From a virus (lineage: Duplodnaviria > Caudoviricetes), in the IMG/VR virus record IMGVR_UViG_3300049458_000012, positions 11,425 through 75,424 of that record: a DNA stretch of 64,000 nucleotides, one strand, 5' to 3'. This document shows, piece by piece, positions 19,488-29,933 of this stretch (the stretch's first letter is position 1; the number at the start of each line of letters is the position of its first letter). Under the pieces are notes generated by a model. It searched no databases. It was not told the DNA's origin and saw only the letters and a list, made by a program, of their open reading frames with translations. The translations under genes were made by a program, and so were the position numbers.

Positions 19488-19850
19488 ATGCTCAGTTTCT
19501 TTTCCGTTGTCGCTGCAAAGCTCGCTGGCCTTCCCGGGATAATCAGCACGGTGCTTCTGTGGCGCGGAGGTCGCACCGCTGTACTCAACGTGGCTGCCGC
19601 TGCCGCCATAAAGACCGGCCCCGGCACGCTCGTACGCATCGTTGTCGTCGTGGCGCCGACTGCGAACAACCTGACGGTGAACGATAACAACGTCACAGGT
19701 GGCACCAATGTGGCGGCCAACACCATTTTGGACGTCGCCTTCGGTGCACTGACCAAAGGCCAAGTGATCACGCTGGAGTGGCCGTGTGCGGTCGGCATCA
19801 CGATCTCCTCCGTTGGAACGAATGGCGTGTATGCCGTGTCCTACACATAA
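19488..19850 (+). CDS. Hypothetical structural protein
   Basis: GAGGAG SD; beta-rich. Confidence 0.6.
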   Translation: MLSFFSVVAAKLAGLPGIISTVLLWRGGRTAVLNVAAAAAIKTGPGTLVRIVVVVAPTANNLTVNDNNVTGGTNVAANTILDVAFGALTKGQVITLEWPCAVGITISSVGTNGVYAVSYT

Positions 19851-19862
19851 GGGTATCGCCCC

Positions 19863-20192
19863 ATGTTAATTCCAACCGCAACGATCGGATTGGCAACGCC
19901 CGTGGGCAACGGCTTGACGGGCAATTCCGCCGTCATCAACACAGCCGGACTCTTCAAAGGTGTTGCCGGACTGAAGAGCGATCACGCGGGCACGCTGAGT
20001 GTCCAACGATACGCGGATGCCGCAGGAGTTGTTCCGGTGGGCGCACCACTGAGCGTGGCTGTGGCGGCCAATACGCCAATCGCAGTCGGTTGGTCGGAAG
20101 GACTGCCGTGTGGGTCCATCGTGATGACATTCGTCAATTCGGGTGGCGCAGCGGCCAACTTGACGAATGTCACCGTTAACCTGGGGCCATGA
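19863..20192 (+). CDS. Hypothetical structural protein
   Basis: 109 aa beta-rich ORF in frame with the operon. Confidence 0.55.
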   Translation: MLIPTATIGLATPVGNGLTGNSAVINTAGLFKGVAGLKSDHAGTLSVQRYADAAGVVPVGAPLSVAVAANTPIAVGWSEGLPCGSIVMTFVNSGGAAANLTNVTVNLGP

Positions 20193-20193
20193 A

Positions 20194-21729
20194 ATGAAAT
20201 GCTTGCTTGCGTTGCTGCTCTGTGCGATGGCGCCGCTCGCGATGGCGGATCAATATTCACTGCCATACGGTTGGACTGGAGGCAACGGGCTCCTCGGGCA
20301 ATGTTTGACGAGCAATGGTTCGCTTCTGCCGCCATCGTTTCAAGCGTGTAGTGGCGGTGGAGGCGGGGGCGACGTCACGCTCAACGGCACACAGACGCTC
20401 ACCAATAAGACGATCGATGGTGCATCCAACACGCTGTTGAACATTCCCGCTGCGCAACTCGTCGGGTCTCTCAACGTCAGTGCCCTGTCCGGTCAACTCG
20501 GGGTTGCGAACGGCGGCACCAACCTCGCTTCGGGCCTCTCCGGTGGGCTGCTGTACTTCTCGGGCACAGGGACGATTGCCAGCTCCGCGGCATTGACGGC
20601 GAACGCATTAATGCTCGGTGGAGGCGTTGGAAATGCCCCTGGCCCAATGGGCAGTTTGGGAACAACAATAACCCTCTTGCATGGCAATGCGTCGGGAGCC
20701 CCGACGTTTGGCCCGGTAAACTTCGCAACCGAGGGGACTGGGCTGTTGCCCGTGGCCAATGGCGGCAGCGGCGTTGGCACGCTCACGGGCCCAATAAAGG
20801 GCAATGGCACGAGCGCTTTCACCGCAGCAGCGGCAACCGATATGGTTGGGCTGTTCAGTGGTGGGTCCGCTACGTCTTCCTACTATCTAGCGGGTGACGG
20901 CACCAAACAACTGATCGCCTCGGGCGCCGCGGGAGGAAATCCAACTGCGACCACAGGGCTGACAGCAGTCAACGGATCGGCCAATACGTTCTTACGTTCG
21001 GACGGCGCGCCCGCGTTGGATCAATCGATCACGCCGACTTGGACCGGTAACCACACGTGGTCCAAGGTTGAGCCTCGATTGATTGTGTGCGACACCGGGG
21101 GTGGAACCAACGGCAAATGTTTCGATATTGATGTCACGCCAACCTTGATTTCTATCCGCACACGCACGGACGCGGACGGCGCTGGCGTCACTATTTTTTC
21201 AGCAACTCGCACAGGGTCCTCCACCGCTATCACGGGCATAGCGCTCGGGGCTCCAATTACGGTTTCAGGGTCCGGCACCTCCACCCTCACGGGGCAGGCC
21301 ACCGCGGATAAGTTCAATGCCACGGCTGCGACGAGTTCATCTTGTCCGGCGAACGGCATGTATCTTCCTGCTGGCAACACGTTGGGGTTCTGCTCCAATA
21401 CGGCAGAACGTTACCGCATCACGTCCGCTGGGATAAGCATCACGGCGGGAGGACTGAATCTAGCGGGCACAAAGCCCACGGTCACCGGCTGCACCAACAG
21501 CGCCACACTAGGCGGGGCAACCGCAGGGCAGTACACCTCCGGAACTACGGGGACGTGCAGTGTGACGCTGACCTTGCCTGCGGCCACGAACGGATATTCA
21601 TGCTGGGCGCATGACGAAACCACGGCAGCGGATTATGTGCAGGCCGCCACTACGTCGAGCACCACGTTGTCCATCACAGGCACCACGGTCTCGGGGGACA
21701 TCGTTAAATGGGGCTGCATCCTTTACTAA
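20194..21729 (+). CDS. Gly/Thr-rich fibre-like protein with signal-peptide-like N-terminus
   Basis: MKCLLALLLCAMAPLAMA; QTLTNKTID and L.VANGG motifs common in phage fibre proteins. Confidence 0.6.
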   Translation: MKCLLALLLCAMAPLAMADQYSLPYGWTGGNGLLGQCLTSNGSLLPPSFQACSGGGGGGDVTLNGTQTLTNKTIDGASNTLLNIPAAQLVGSLNVSALSGQLGVANGGTNLASGLSGGLLYFSGTGTIASSAALTANALMLGGGVGNAPGPMGSLGTTITLLHGNASGAPTFGPVNFATEGTGLLPVANGGSGVGTLTGPIKGNGTSAFTAAAATDMVGLFSGGSATSSYYLAGDGTKQLIASGAAGGNPTATTGLTAVNGSANTFLRSDGAPALDQSITPTWTGNHTWSKVEPRLIVCDTGGGTNGKCFDIDVTPTLISIRTRTDADGAGVTIFSATRTGSSTAITGIALGAPITVSGSGTSTLTGQATADKFNATAATSSSCPANGMYLPAGNTLGFCSNTAERYRITSAGISITAGGLNLAGTKPTVTGCTNSATLGGATAGQYTSGTTGTCSVTLTLPAATNGYSCWAHDETTAADYVQAATTSSTTLSITGTTVSGDIVKWGCILY

Positions 21730-21744
21730 GGTAGGAACGATACC

Positions 21745-23085
21745 ATGGCACTGACGCTTACGCTCTCTCCGCCAAGCCCCGCCAAAGTGGCGCCACCGCT
21801 GTCTTTCGGCAATTCGTTCGCGGATTCCTTGGGCGTGCTCAATTGCGGGTTGGTGGCGGATTATTTGTTTGGCTCCGCGGCCTCGGGTGCGGCACCCGTC
21901 ATCCCCATCACCAGTGTTGCGGATCTCACTGCCAACTTCAATCCCCAGGCGGACGTCTCCGGGACCTCGGTGCAAGTTGAAGCCATCGAGCGCTATCAAG
22001 CCTTCAACGCCACCAATCACGCATTCGCCTCGGATCACCTCTCACTCACCGCAGCCCTAGAGGCGGGCGGCAATGCTGATGTGCTGCAGCTCGTTTCGAA
22101 TGCGCCAACAACCGCTGCCACGGTCTTAAACTTCGCCAACACGGCAGGCGTACAAGACGGGCAGATTGTCGCGATTGCGGGCGCCTTCACCTCCAGTCTC
22201 GCGCGAGTTGTTTCGCATGATGCCACCACGGTCACGATCGGACAGAGCGTCACCATCGCCTCGGGCGTCACGGTTTATTTTCTGCCTGCCTTTGTGCCTT
22301 CCGGTGCAGTAGCGGCCAGCAACAATGCGGTGCAGACCTACGCGAGCGTCCCCGCTGGAGTTGCAGCGGGCATGTTCTACAATAACATCACCGCGGGCAC
22401 ATTCGGCACCCGTCGAGTTGTGAGCCGGACCGGCACCACGATCACATACGATGCCCCTGTCTCACAGGCGGCGAGTGATTTTTGCATCCTCTCGCCCCCA
22501 ATCACGAGTGGTCAGTTTTGGACCAAGGTTGGATACCAGCCGGGAAAGAACGGCGCCAACTACATCGCGATGGAGTTGACTTGCCAAATACCCGGCAACA
22601 CGAAGCAAGGTGCATGGCCCGCTTTTTGGGGGTACTCCCGTTCATCCGAAGGCTTCAGCTTCGATGCGTCCGAACCCGATATCTTTGAATTCAATATGTG
22701 CGCCACCGCGAATGCGAGCGCATACAGCGGCAACATCCATGGCGGTTGGTATCAGCGCGAGGACTACAAGAAGTTCATCGGAGTGCACAGCAGCTATTGG
22801 GATGCGTCGGGCTTTTACCGCCCCTCGGGCGCTCCAGACTACTCTGCCGCCCAGCACAAATTCCAGTTCATCTGGACGTCCGATCGGATCTATTATTTCA
22901 TTGACGGCATATTGATTAAGTGCCAGGTGTGGCCTTGGAGTTCGGCCTGCACCGCGCAGATTGGTTGCAATCTAGGGGCGGGAAGCTTCCTGCCAACTTA
23001 CGTATCGGTGCTGCTCTTCCCCCTGTTGACTTCGCAATTCCCCTACTCGTATGACGTGTACGAGTTAAAAATTTGGCAAGGCTAA
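21745..23085 (+). CDS. GH16/ConA-like glycoside hydrolase with inserted beta-repeat modules
   Basis: GAWPAFWG and EPDIFE (cf. GH16 E-x-D-x-x-E); FQFIWTSDRIYYFIDG. Confidence 0.65.
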   Translation: MALTLTLSPPSPAKVAPPLSFGNSFADSLGVLNCGLVADYLFGSAASGAAPVIPITSVADLTANFNPQADVSGTSVQVEAIERYQAFNATNHAFASDHLSLTAALEAGGNADVLQLVSNAPTTAATVLNFANTAGVQDGQIVAIAGAFTSSLARVVSHDATTVTIGQSVTIASGVTVYFLPAFVPSGAVAASNNAVQTYASVPAGVAAGMFYNNITAGTFGTRRVVSRTGTTITYDAPVSQAASDFCILSPPITSGQFWTKVGYQPGKNGANYIAMELTCQIPGNTKQGAWPAFWGYSRSSEGFSFDASEPDIFEFNMCATANASAYSGNIHGGWYQREDYKKFIGVHSSYWDASGFYRPSGAPDYSAAQHKFQFIWTSDRIYYFIDGILIKCQVWPWSSACTAQIGCNLGAGSFLPTYVSVLLFPLLTSQFPYSYDVYELKIWQG

Positions 23086-23096
23086 GGAGTTAGGTT

Positions 23097-23294
23097 ATGT
23101 ACATCTCAATCTCTTGTGGCGGGGCAAAGGCCGCGGTGGTCGCCCACTTGCAGCAGCTCATCGAGGACAAATCCCAGGTGCCGGGGGTCGTTGAGGCTAT
23201 TCTGGCGCACGTTGAAGCGGGTGCTGCGGAGGGTGCCACAGTGACCGTGTCGGTGACCGGATCAATTGGCTATTCAAAAGGCGCTGGGGCTTAA
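23097..23294 (+). CDS. Hypothetical protein
   Basis: AAGGAG SD. Confidence 0.55.
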   Translation: MYISISCGGAKAAVVAHLQQLIEDKSQVPGVVEAILAHVEAGAAEGATVTVSVTGSIGYSKGAGA

Positions 23295-23339
23295 TCCCCG
23301 GCCCCAGCACCCTACCTACCTTTCCGAGGATTGTCATCA

Positions 23340-24719
23340 ATGCCATCCATCGTACAAACCAACGTCTCGCAGATCCTGGCGCCCACACCTCCGACTCTGC
23401 AGCGTACGGGTGCTGTGATCTCGCAAGGTGGCACCAACCTCTCCTCGGGCACCTCCGCGCTGCTCACCGAGCCGGATGATCTCACGCCAATACTGGCCGC
23501 GCCATTAGCGCTTTCGTCTTTGGCCTGGAGCGCGGGCGCAGTCCTGGCGACCACAGGCATTGCGATCCCGGGAGCGGCGCCCGGGGATAAGTTCCTCACC
23601 ACCATCGCGGGGGCGACGCCCGCTGGATACAACGCGAAAGTTTGGGCCACGGTCACGGGCGCGAACACCTTCACATATCCGTTGGCCAGCAATCCGGGGG
23701 TGGAAACGGTTGCCGGAACATACACCCCGCCCGGCAATGGTGAGCTGTTGACGATGATCAATAGTTACTACGGCCAAGGCAGCACACAAGCGGTGTACGT
23801 CCTGGAGCTGGGGCCCGCGAACGGTAGCACAGGGCCCACTGCGCTGGATGCGTGGATCACGGCCAACCCGGGCGTGTTCTACAGCTACCTCGTGCCCAAG
23901 GGCTGGGACACGCAAGCCAACTACCTCGCGCTCATCGCCAAGTACGAGAATCCAACTTCCAAAACCTACTTCTTCACCACCACCACAGTTGCGACCCGCG
24001 GCGCGTACACCGCATTGATGAAGGACGTATTGGCCGAGATCGAGTCCCCCACGACCCCGATCACTGAATTCAGCGCCGCGGCAACCTTTCAAGCGGCCCT
24101 GGCCTACAATCCCGGGTCCGCGAGCCGGATGACGCCGTTCGCCAACAAGTTCCTTTTCGGCGTCACCCCCTACCCATTGGCCGGGAATAACGCCCTGTTG
24201 CAGACGTTGTATGACCAGAACTTCAACGTGGTGGGCACCGGAGCGGAAGGCGGCATCAGCACCGCGGCCCTCAGTGGCGGGGCCACGATGGATGGCAACG
24301 ATTTCACTTACTGGTATTCCGCAGACTGGACCCAGATCAACGGCAAACTCGTGCTGGCCAATGAAGTGTTCAACGGCGCCAACGACTCGGCCAACCCGTT
24401 GTGGTATGACCAAAACGGCATCAACCGGCTACAGGACCGCGTTGTGAAACTCTTTCAAGCGGGCGTGGCGTTCGCCTTGCTGCAGGGGTCCGTTGGCCGG
24501 GCGCAGTTGGATGGGGTGACGTTCCAGCAGAACTTTGATGACGACCTCTACGTCAATCAGTGCATCGTGAACGCGGTGCCGTTCGTCATCTACACTCAGC
24601 AAAACCCCACGCACTACAAAGCAGGCATCTACAACGGCTTGCAGTGCGTGATTATCCCCAAGAGGGGGTTCAAGCAGATCATTTTCAACTTGACGGTCAG
24701 CAGCCTGATTGCACCGTAA
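23340..24719 (+). CDS. Tail sheath protein (DUF3383-like)
   Basis: About 460 aa followed by tube-sized gene; YWYSADW.QIN, LWYDQNGIN.LQ motifs. Confidence 0.85.
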   Translation: MPSIVQTNVSQILAPTPPTLQRTGAVISQGGTNLSSGTSALLTEPDDLTPILAAPLALSSLAWSAGAVLATTGIAIPGAAPGDKFLTTIAGATPAGYNAKVWATVTGANTFTYPLASNPGVETVAGTYTPPGNGELLTMINSYYGQGSTQAVYVLELGPANGSTGPTALDAWITANPGVFYSYLVPKGWDTQANYLALIAKYENPTSKTYFFTTTTVATRGAYTALMKDVLAEIESPTTPITEFSAAATFQAALAYNPGSASRMTPFANKFLFGVTPYPLAGNNALLQTLYDQNFNVVGTGAEGGISTAALSGGATMDGNDFTYWYSADWTQINGKLVLANEVFNGANDSANPLWYDQNGINRLQDRVVKLFQAGVAFALLQGSVGRAQLDGVTFQQNFDDDLYVNQCIVNAVPFVIYTQQNPTHYKAGIYNGLQCVIIPKRGFKQIIFNLTVSSLIAP

Positions 24720-24739
24720 AAACGTAAGGAGTTGACCCC

Positions 24740-25180
24740 GTGCCCAATCCACAAATTGCCCAAGGCTCTCTCAACCGTCTGGTCACCAGCCTGACGTGGG
24801 AGAGTGCGCCCGAGCTGAACGTCACCGCATCGTTCTTAAGTCGCGAGATGATCCGATTTGCGCGTAACGGGAATGCCGTGACGTTCATCCCCACGGGGAC
24901 AGGTGCTGTCACGTCTGGGGAGCCGTTCATGATGATCACGCTGACGATCGGGTTGTTGAAAACGCAGAGCTTGGCCGCGGCATACGAGGCGCGGCTATTG
25001 GCCAATGCGAGGATCGGTAATGGGACGGTGCGCCCGGATGTAAGCGAAGGGATCGGGGCCTTCGACCTGACCAACTGTGCCATCGAGAATGTGGGCGAGC
25101 TGACCTTTGACGGCTCGAACCCGATTTATCCGGTGATGCTGAGCGGGTACATGCCGGTGAACAACGACCTGTGGCCGTAG
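24740..25180 (+). CDS. Tail tube protein
   Basis: 146 aa after sheath; GTG start. Confidence 0.75.
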   Translation: MPNPQIAQGSLNRLVTSLTWESAPELNVTASFLSREMIRFARNGNAVTFIPTGTGAVTSGEPFMMITLTIGLLKTQSLAAAYEARLLANARIGNGTVRPDVSEGIGAFDLTNCAIENVGELTFDGSNPIYPVMLSGYMPVNNDLWP

Positions 25181-25215
25181 TGATTTGAAGGGGTTTGGAA
25201 AGAGGAGACTGAGCG

Positions 25216-25791
25216 ATGAAGATTGATAAGCGTTTGACCTTAGTCGTGCCGATCCCGCGCGGGGAAAAAGAACTGCTTTATGTGCACTCCACGCCCGTTT
25301 CGGTGGATGTGTTCCGGCAGTATTGGGAGGTCGTTGGGCAGACCATGAATGCGTTGTACAGCCGGGGGTTCGGTCAATTCTCTCCGCGCTTCGCATGCGA
25401 GATGCTGAAGAAGATCGCCGCTGAGAATGGCGGGGCGAGTGCTGCGGGGCAAGCCGCCGAGTTGGCCCGGGTGGAGAAAGGATTCTTGGCCGAGATCCGT
25501 CGCATGACCAATGTGTTCGCGCTAGGGGACAAGGGGTGGGCGATGGTGCCGTTGGACGATGCACGTAAAAGCGGCGTGATTGACGAGGACGAAGCCGACG
25601 AGGTGGACAACGCCATCGTGTATTTTACGTGTGCCTCGCGCAGTCACCTCAAGTCCCAACTGGAGGAGCTGCGTGGGGCCTTGAGTCTGTGGAGTGCGCG
25701 GATAGAGTCGTTGAGCTGTATGGAATTCAAGAGATCCTTGCAGACCTCGATCGAGGACGTGAATACTGGCGTGACGGCGATAGCGTCGTAA
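25216..25791 (+). CDS. Tail assembly chaperone
   Basis: Between tube and tape measure. Confidence 0.65.
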   Translation: MKIDKRLTLVVPIPRGEKELLYVHSTPVSVDVFRQYWEVVGQTMNALYSRGFGQFSPRFACEMLKKIAAENGGASAAGQAAELARVEKGFLAEIRRMTNVFALGDKGWAMVPLDDARKSGVIDEDEADEVDNAIVYFTCASRSHLKSQLEELRGALSLWSARIESLSCMEFKRSLQTSIEDVNTGVTAIAS

Positions 25792-25943
25792 GCGTCGTGC
25801 TCGATTGGCTCAGTGGCCCGGGGTTCTATGCTTTCTTTTCGCGCCCCGGTTTGACGGATCACTTCCCCTTCACTTCTGCGCAGGAGTTTCGGCAACGGCA
25901 TTTGCGTGGCGCTACGTTGGTGAGATAAAAGGACCCCTTACAA

Positions 25944-27590
25944 GTGAGCCTGAAGTCAGTCCTGGATGTTGAAGTCAATGCGTCAGCGTTCGAACGCTAT
26001 CAGCAGCTCTTCAACAAGTACCAGGACAATCTAACCAAGCACCCAGGCTTTTGGAAGTCCATCAGCAAGGAGACCGCTTCAGCCTCCGGCTCATTCAATC
26101 GGATGGCCGCCGCCGCACAAGCGCAAGCTCGGGTGCAGCGCGAGCTGAGCGAGGTGTACAAGACGCAAAATCAACACCTGATGCAAGGGGAGAGACTTTG
26201 GGGCACGATGTCCCGGCATGCCACCTCGATCGCCTCCACCATCCTCCGGGCCACCCGTTCTCTAATCTCCTGGAGTGGGCTGGTGGGCGCCGCGGGTGGG
26301 CTCCTGGGGGCAGGGAGCTTGTTTGGGATCGATCGTATGGCCCGAACCGCGAACGACTCCCGACGCTCCTCCATGGGCCTCGGGATGACGATCGGGGAGC
26401 AGCGCGCCTTTCAGATCAATTTCGGGCGTGTAGTGGACCCGGATGCGTTCTTAGGGTGGATCAATGCGATGGAAACCGATCCACGCAAAGCCGCCAGCGC
26501 CGCCGCTCTGGGCGTCGGCTTGACGCAGAACACGGGCCGCGATGCCGTAGGGATGTTGCGGGCCTTGCGTGCGCGGGCGCAATCCACGCCCCTGGCCCAA
26601 TTAGGCATGCTGCCGGGGATGTTTGGACTGGAGGGCGTGAGCGGGGAGGACCTTCGCCGGTTACGCACCATGAGCGGGAAAGAGTTCGAAGGGTTGGTCT
26701 CGGGCAATGCGCGGGACGTCAACAAGCTGAACATCCAGGACAAGACCGCGGAGAAGTGGGCCGATTTCGTCAACATGCTCGATCGGGCCAAGTCCTCAAT
26801 CTTCGCCACTTTAGTACAGGGGCTGGCCCCGCTCGCGGGCCCCTTGGGGCATTTGTCGGGGGCGTTCGAGAAGTTCATATCCACGTTACTGAAGAGTGAT
26901 GTGGTCAAGCACGCCATCGATGGCTTCGCGGGTTGGTTGGAGAAATTCTCGGGCAGCCTCGGATCTTCCGAGTTCATCGAGCGCGTGCGCCGGTTCACGT
27001 CCGATGTGGGCGACCTCGCGGATGCCTTTCATACGGTGATGCACCCCATCAACTCCATCGAGAATTGGGCCAACTCCGATACGGGCGGCACGCCCAAGGC
27101 CGCTAAGCAACGGTTCTCATCTCAGCTCTCGACGTTGGAGGAAAACTCCGGACTGCCCAAAGGGATGCTTGGCTATCAATTCATGAAAGAGTCGGGAGGG
27201 ATGTTCAATCCGCCCGACAACAAAGGCCACGTCGGCGCATTTCAGTTCGATCCGAACACGGCGAAGTGGCTCAACAAACTCTACCGCAAGCATCTCGACC
27301 CGCGTAAACCGGGAGAGGCTGCCATCCTCGCGAGTTATTATGACGACTGGTTAGTGCGGCACTATAAAGGCGACGTTAAGAGCGCACTAGGGGCTTACAA
27401 CTGGGGCCCGGAGAACATGGATGCTTATTTAAAGACGGGCAAAGGTGCCCGAGGCCAGCCGATGCCCGCGGAGACCCGGGACTATATGGGCAATGCCCAG
27501 GTGTCGGGCTCCGGCTCCAACGTCACCATCACCGTCGTCAACGCAACGGGTGGCTCCGCTGCCGTGATTGCTAGCCAATTGGCGCACTGA
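25944..27590 (+). CDS. Tape measure protein with C-terminal soluble lytic transglycosylase domain
   Basis: Helical N-terminus; MKESGG (catalytic Glu), GAFQFDPNTA and ALGAYNWGP SLT motifs. Confidence 0.85.
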   Translation: MSLKSVLDVEVNASAFERYQQLFNKYQDNLTKHPGFWKSISKETASASGSFNRMAAAAQAQARVQRELSEVYKTQNQHLMQGERLWGTMSRHATSIASTILRATRSLISWSGLVGAAGGLLGAGSLFGIDRMARTANDSRRSSMGLGMTIGEQRAFQINFGRVVDPDAFLGWINAMETDPRKAASAAALGVGLTQNTGRDAVGMLRALRARAQSTPLAQLGMLPGMFGLEGVSGEDLRRLRTMSGKEFEGLVSGNARDVNKLNIQDKTAEKWADFVNMLDRAKSSIFATLVQGLAPLAGPLGHLSGAFEKFISTLLKSDVVKHAIDGFAGWLEKFSGSLGSSEFIERVRRFTSDVGDLADAFHTVMHPINSIENWANSDTGGTPKAAKQRFSSQLSTLEENSGLPKGMLGYQFMKESGGMFNPPDNKGHVGAFQFDPNTAKWLNKLYRKHLDPRKPGEAAILASYYDDWLVRHYKGDVKSALGAYNWGPENMDAYLKTGKGARGQPMPAETRDYMGNAQVSGSGSNVTITVVNATGGSAAVIASQLAH

Positions 27591-28435
27591 TGTCCGCTTC
27601 AGGCCGCGATGCATTCCGGTTGGCGTTCGAGATCTCGCCAATTTTGTTGACCCGAGGGATTGCGGAAAATATCCCGGGTGGCGTGCTACCGATTGTGGCG
27701 CTCACGGATGCATCGAGCTTCGCCACGGGGTTATTGACCAGCGGGCCGATGATCGATTTCGATAATTTCTTTGCTCATTGGTATGTGCTGCCGGGCGGTA
27801 CGCTGCAAAATCAATCCGTCGCCACGTACCCCTTCGCCAACCAAGCGGTTGCGGCCAACGCGGTGATCTCGGGCCCGTTGGGGGTGTCGATGATGATGGT
27901 GGCGCCAGCGCGAGCGGGCAATGGAGCCATCGGAGGAGTTGGAGGAGCTTTAACAGGGGCGGCCACTGCGGCGTTGAGCGGCGCCAACATCGTGGCGGGT
28001 GCCCTGGGGGGAGGTGTGTTGGCCGCGGTTGGAGGCTACACTGAGAAGTTGGCCATCATGACCGCGCTGCAAAAAACCATCGCCCAGCACAACGCCTCGG
28101 GCGGCACGTATTCGGTGATAACGCCCGCGTACATTTACACCGACTGCATCATGAACACTCCCGGCATCCGGGATGTGAGTGCGGAAGGCGAAACGCAGCA
28201 ACGGCAAGTGCGCTGGCAGTGGGATTTCCTGCAGCCTCTCGTCCTGACGCAAGCCGCAGCGGACGGCGCGTTGAACTCGCTGATGCAAAAATTGCAAAAG
28301 CTCCTGCCCCTCAGCGGGCCGTCACAGACCTTGACTTCTGCGGGGTTGGGCGTTGGATCCACGGCCATTTTGCCCAGCGCCTTTTCGCCTGTGCAAGGGG
28401 CGACGAGTGCGGCGCTGTCGCTGGTGCCGCAATGA
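27590..28435 (+). CDS. Baseplate / tube-initiator protein
   Basis: Follows TMP; coupled stop/start. Confidence 0.6.
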   Translation: MSASGRDAFRLAFEISPILLTRGIAENIPGGVLPIVALTDASSFATGLLTSGPMIDFDNFFAHWYVLPGGTLQNQSVATYPFANQAVAANAVISGPLGVSMMMVAPARAGNGAIGGVGGALTGAATAALSGANIVAGALGGGVLAAVGGYTEKLAIMTALQKTIAQHNASGGTYSVITPAYIYTDCIMNTPGIRDVSAEGETQQRQVRWQWDFLQPLVLTQAAADGALNSLMQKLQKLLPLSGPSQTLTSAGLGVGSTAILPSAFSPVQGATSAALSLVPQ

Positions 28436-28914
28436 CGACATTAGTCGATTTCACGCCGTCCGCCATTGCGGTGTTTCAATTCCTGGCCACGCTGGACGAT
28501 GGGGTGCAGTACAACGTGAGCGCCCCTTGGAACGCGCTCGGTGAGCGGTATTACGTTTCTGTTGCGGACCTCGCGGGCAACGTGGTGGCCAATCGCGCAA
28601 TCGTGCAAAGTGGCCCCGTGTTCCGAGGCACAATGTCCTGGGCATTAGGGGAAATCACGGCCTCCCTCCTGCAGCCGCACAATGTGCCGATTGGGGAGGT
28701 GGTCAATGCACGCATTACGCAAACCAACACCCCTATGGACGGCCTTTACCTCGCGCGCGCCACGGACTCAATGGCGTTAGCACTCCCCCTGGCCGCCAAT
28801 CCGAATCAGGCCACGCCGATCGTTGGGAAGGTGGATTTCCCTTTGGACCTGCTGGCCGGGTACGACATCGGCAGGTTGTATTTTCACGCTGATACGCAAC
28901 AGTTTGAATTCTGA
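28432..28914 (+). CDS. Baseplate protein
   Basis: WNALGERYYVSV motif; ATGA overlap. Confidence 0.6.
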   Translation: MTTLVDFTPSAIAVFQFLATLDDGVQYNVSAPWNALGERYYVSVADLAGNVVANRAIVQSGPVFRGTMSWALGEITASLLQPHNVPIGEVVNARITQTNTPMDGLYLARATDSMALALPLAANPNQATPIVGKVDFPLDLLAGYDIGRLYFHADTQQFEF

Positions 28915-29933
28915 TGCGTTACTACGATATCGCAGTATCGGACTCATCCGGAAAGGTGTGGAAGCCCACGGCCACGGGCGAAGCCTTCGTGAAGAGTGCA
29001 GGGGGCTCGACATTCACGAGCTTTACGAATGGGAAGACCAACCCGAACGCGCTCAACGTTGAGTTGGATATTCCTTCCATCCCGTTCAATCAGCCGCAAG
29101 GTGCGGGGTTTTTAAAGATCTGGGGCGTTGGGTTGCCAATGATCGGGCAGGCGGCAGACCTCGCGGGCCAGAATATTAAAGTCTCCGTCGGCATGCAAAA
29201 AGGTCTCCCCCTGGCCAAGCCCGCACAGGCGGGCCTCGTGTTGCAGGGCACCATCTTCCAGGCGTTCGGGAATTGGCAGGGCACCAACCAAACTCTCGAA
29301 TTGATCTGTTACCCGCCCGCCTCCCAAGACGATCAAGATATCTCCTGGAGCTGGCCCGCCAACACTTCGTTGTCGAGTGCCCTGTTCCAGACCTTCACGC
29401 AAGCATTCGGCAAATACGGCATGAAGGCGAGCGTGAACATCTCGGAGCTGACGCTATCGAGCGCGGAACACGGGCACTACACCCGACTCGCCACGTTCGC
29501 GGATTACATCCAACGCATCAGTGCGTCTTTGGGTGCGCAGAAGTTCGGAGACACTTACTCGGGGGTGCTGATTACGATCGTAGGCAATACGATTTATGCA
29601 TTCGATTCGAAGACCGAGCGCACTCCCACGAAGTTGGATTTTGTTGATCTCATTGGACAGCCGACTTGGATCGATCCGGCCACGGTGAACTTCAAAGCGG
29701 TGATGCGCAGTGACTTGACGATTGGAAGTTTGATCAAGTTCCCCGACAAAGGCGTGGCTACCCCTTATGTCCTCACAACGCAAAATTCCGCTTTCCCCAA
29801 TGCCCCCTCTCGCAACAAGGCCGTCTTTCAAGGTTCCTTCGTGATCATCGAGGCGCACCACTTCGGCAACTTTCGCCAGCCGGACGCGGACTCCTGGGTG
29901 ACCGCGTTCAATGCAGTGGCGCTGCCGCCATGA
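28914..29933 (+). CDS. Baseplate hub protein
   Basis: 339 aa; DLIGQPTW, H.GNFRQPD..SW motifs; precedes spike. Confidence 0.7.
   Translation: MRYYDIAVSDSSGKVWKPTATGEAFVKSAGGSTFTSFTNGKTNPNALNVELDIPSIPFNQPQGAGFLKIWGVGLPMIGQAADLAGQNIKVSVGMQKGLPLAKPAQAGLVLQGTIFQAFGNWQGTNQTLELICYPPASQDDQDISWSWPANTSLSSALFQTFTQAFGKYGMKASVNISELTLSSAEHGHYTRLATFADYIQRISASLGAQKFGDTYSGVLITIVGNTIYAFDSKTERTPTKLDFVDLIGQPTWIDPATVNFKAVMRSDLTIGSLIKFPDKGVATPYVLTTQNSAFPNAPSRNKAVFQGSFVIIEAHHFGNFRQPDADSWVTAFNAVALPP

Noticed and set aside
25629-25928. Programmed -1 frameshift extending the tail assembly chaperone
   Set aside because: The -1 frame is open to 25928, but I found no X XXY YYZ slippery heptamer before the stop at 25791; left unresolved
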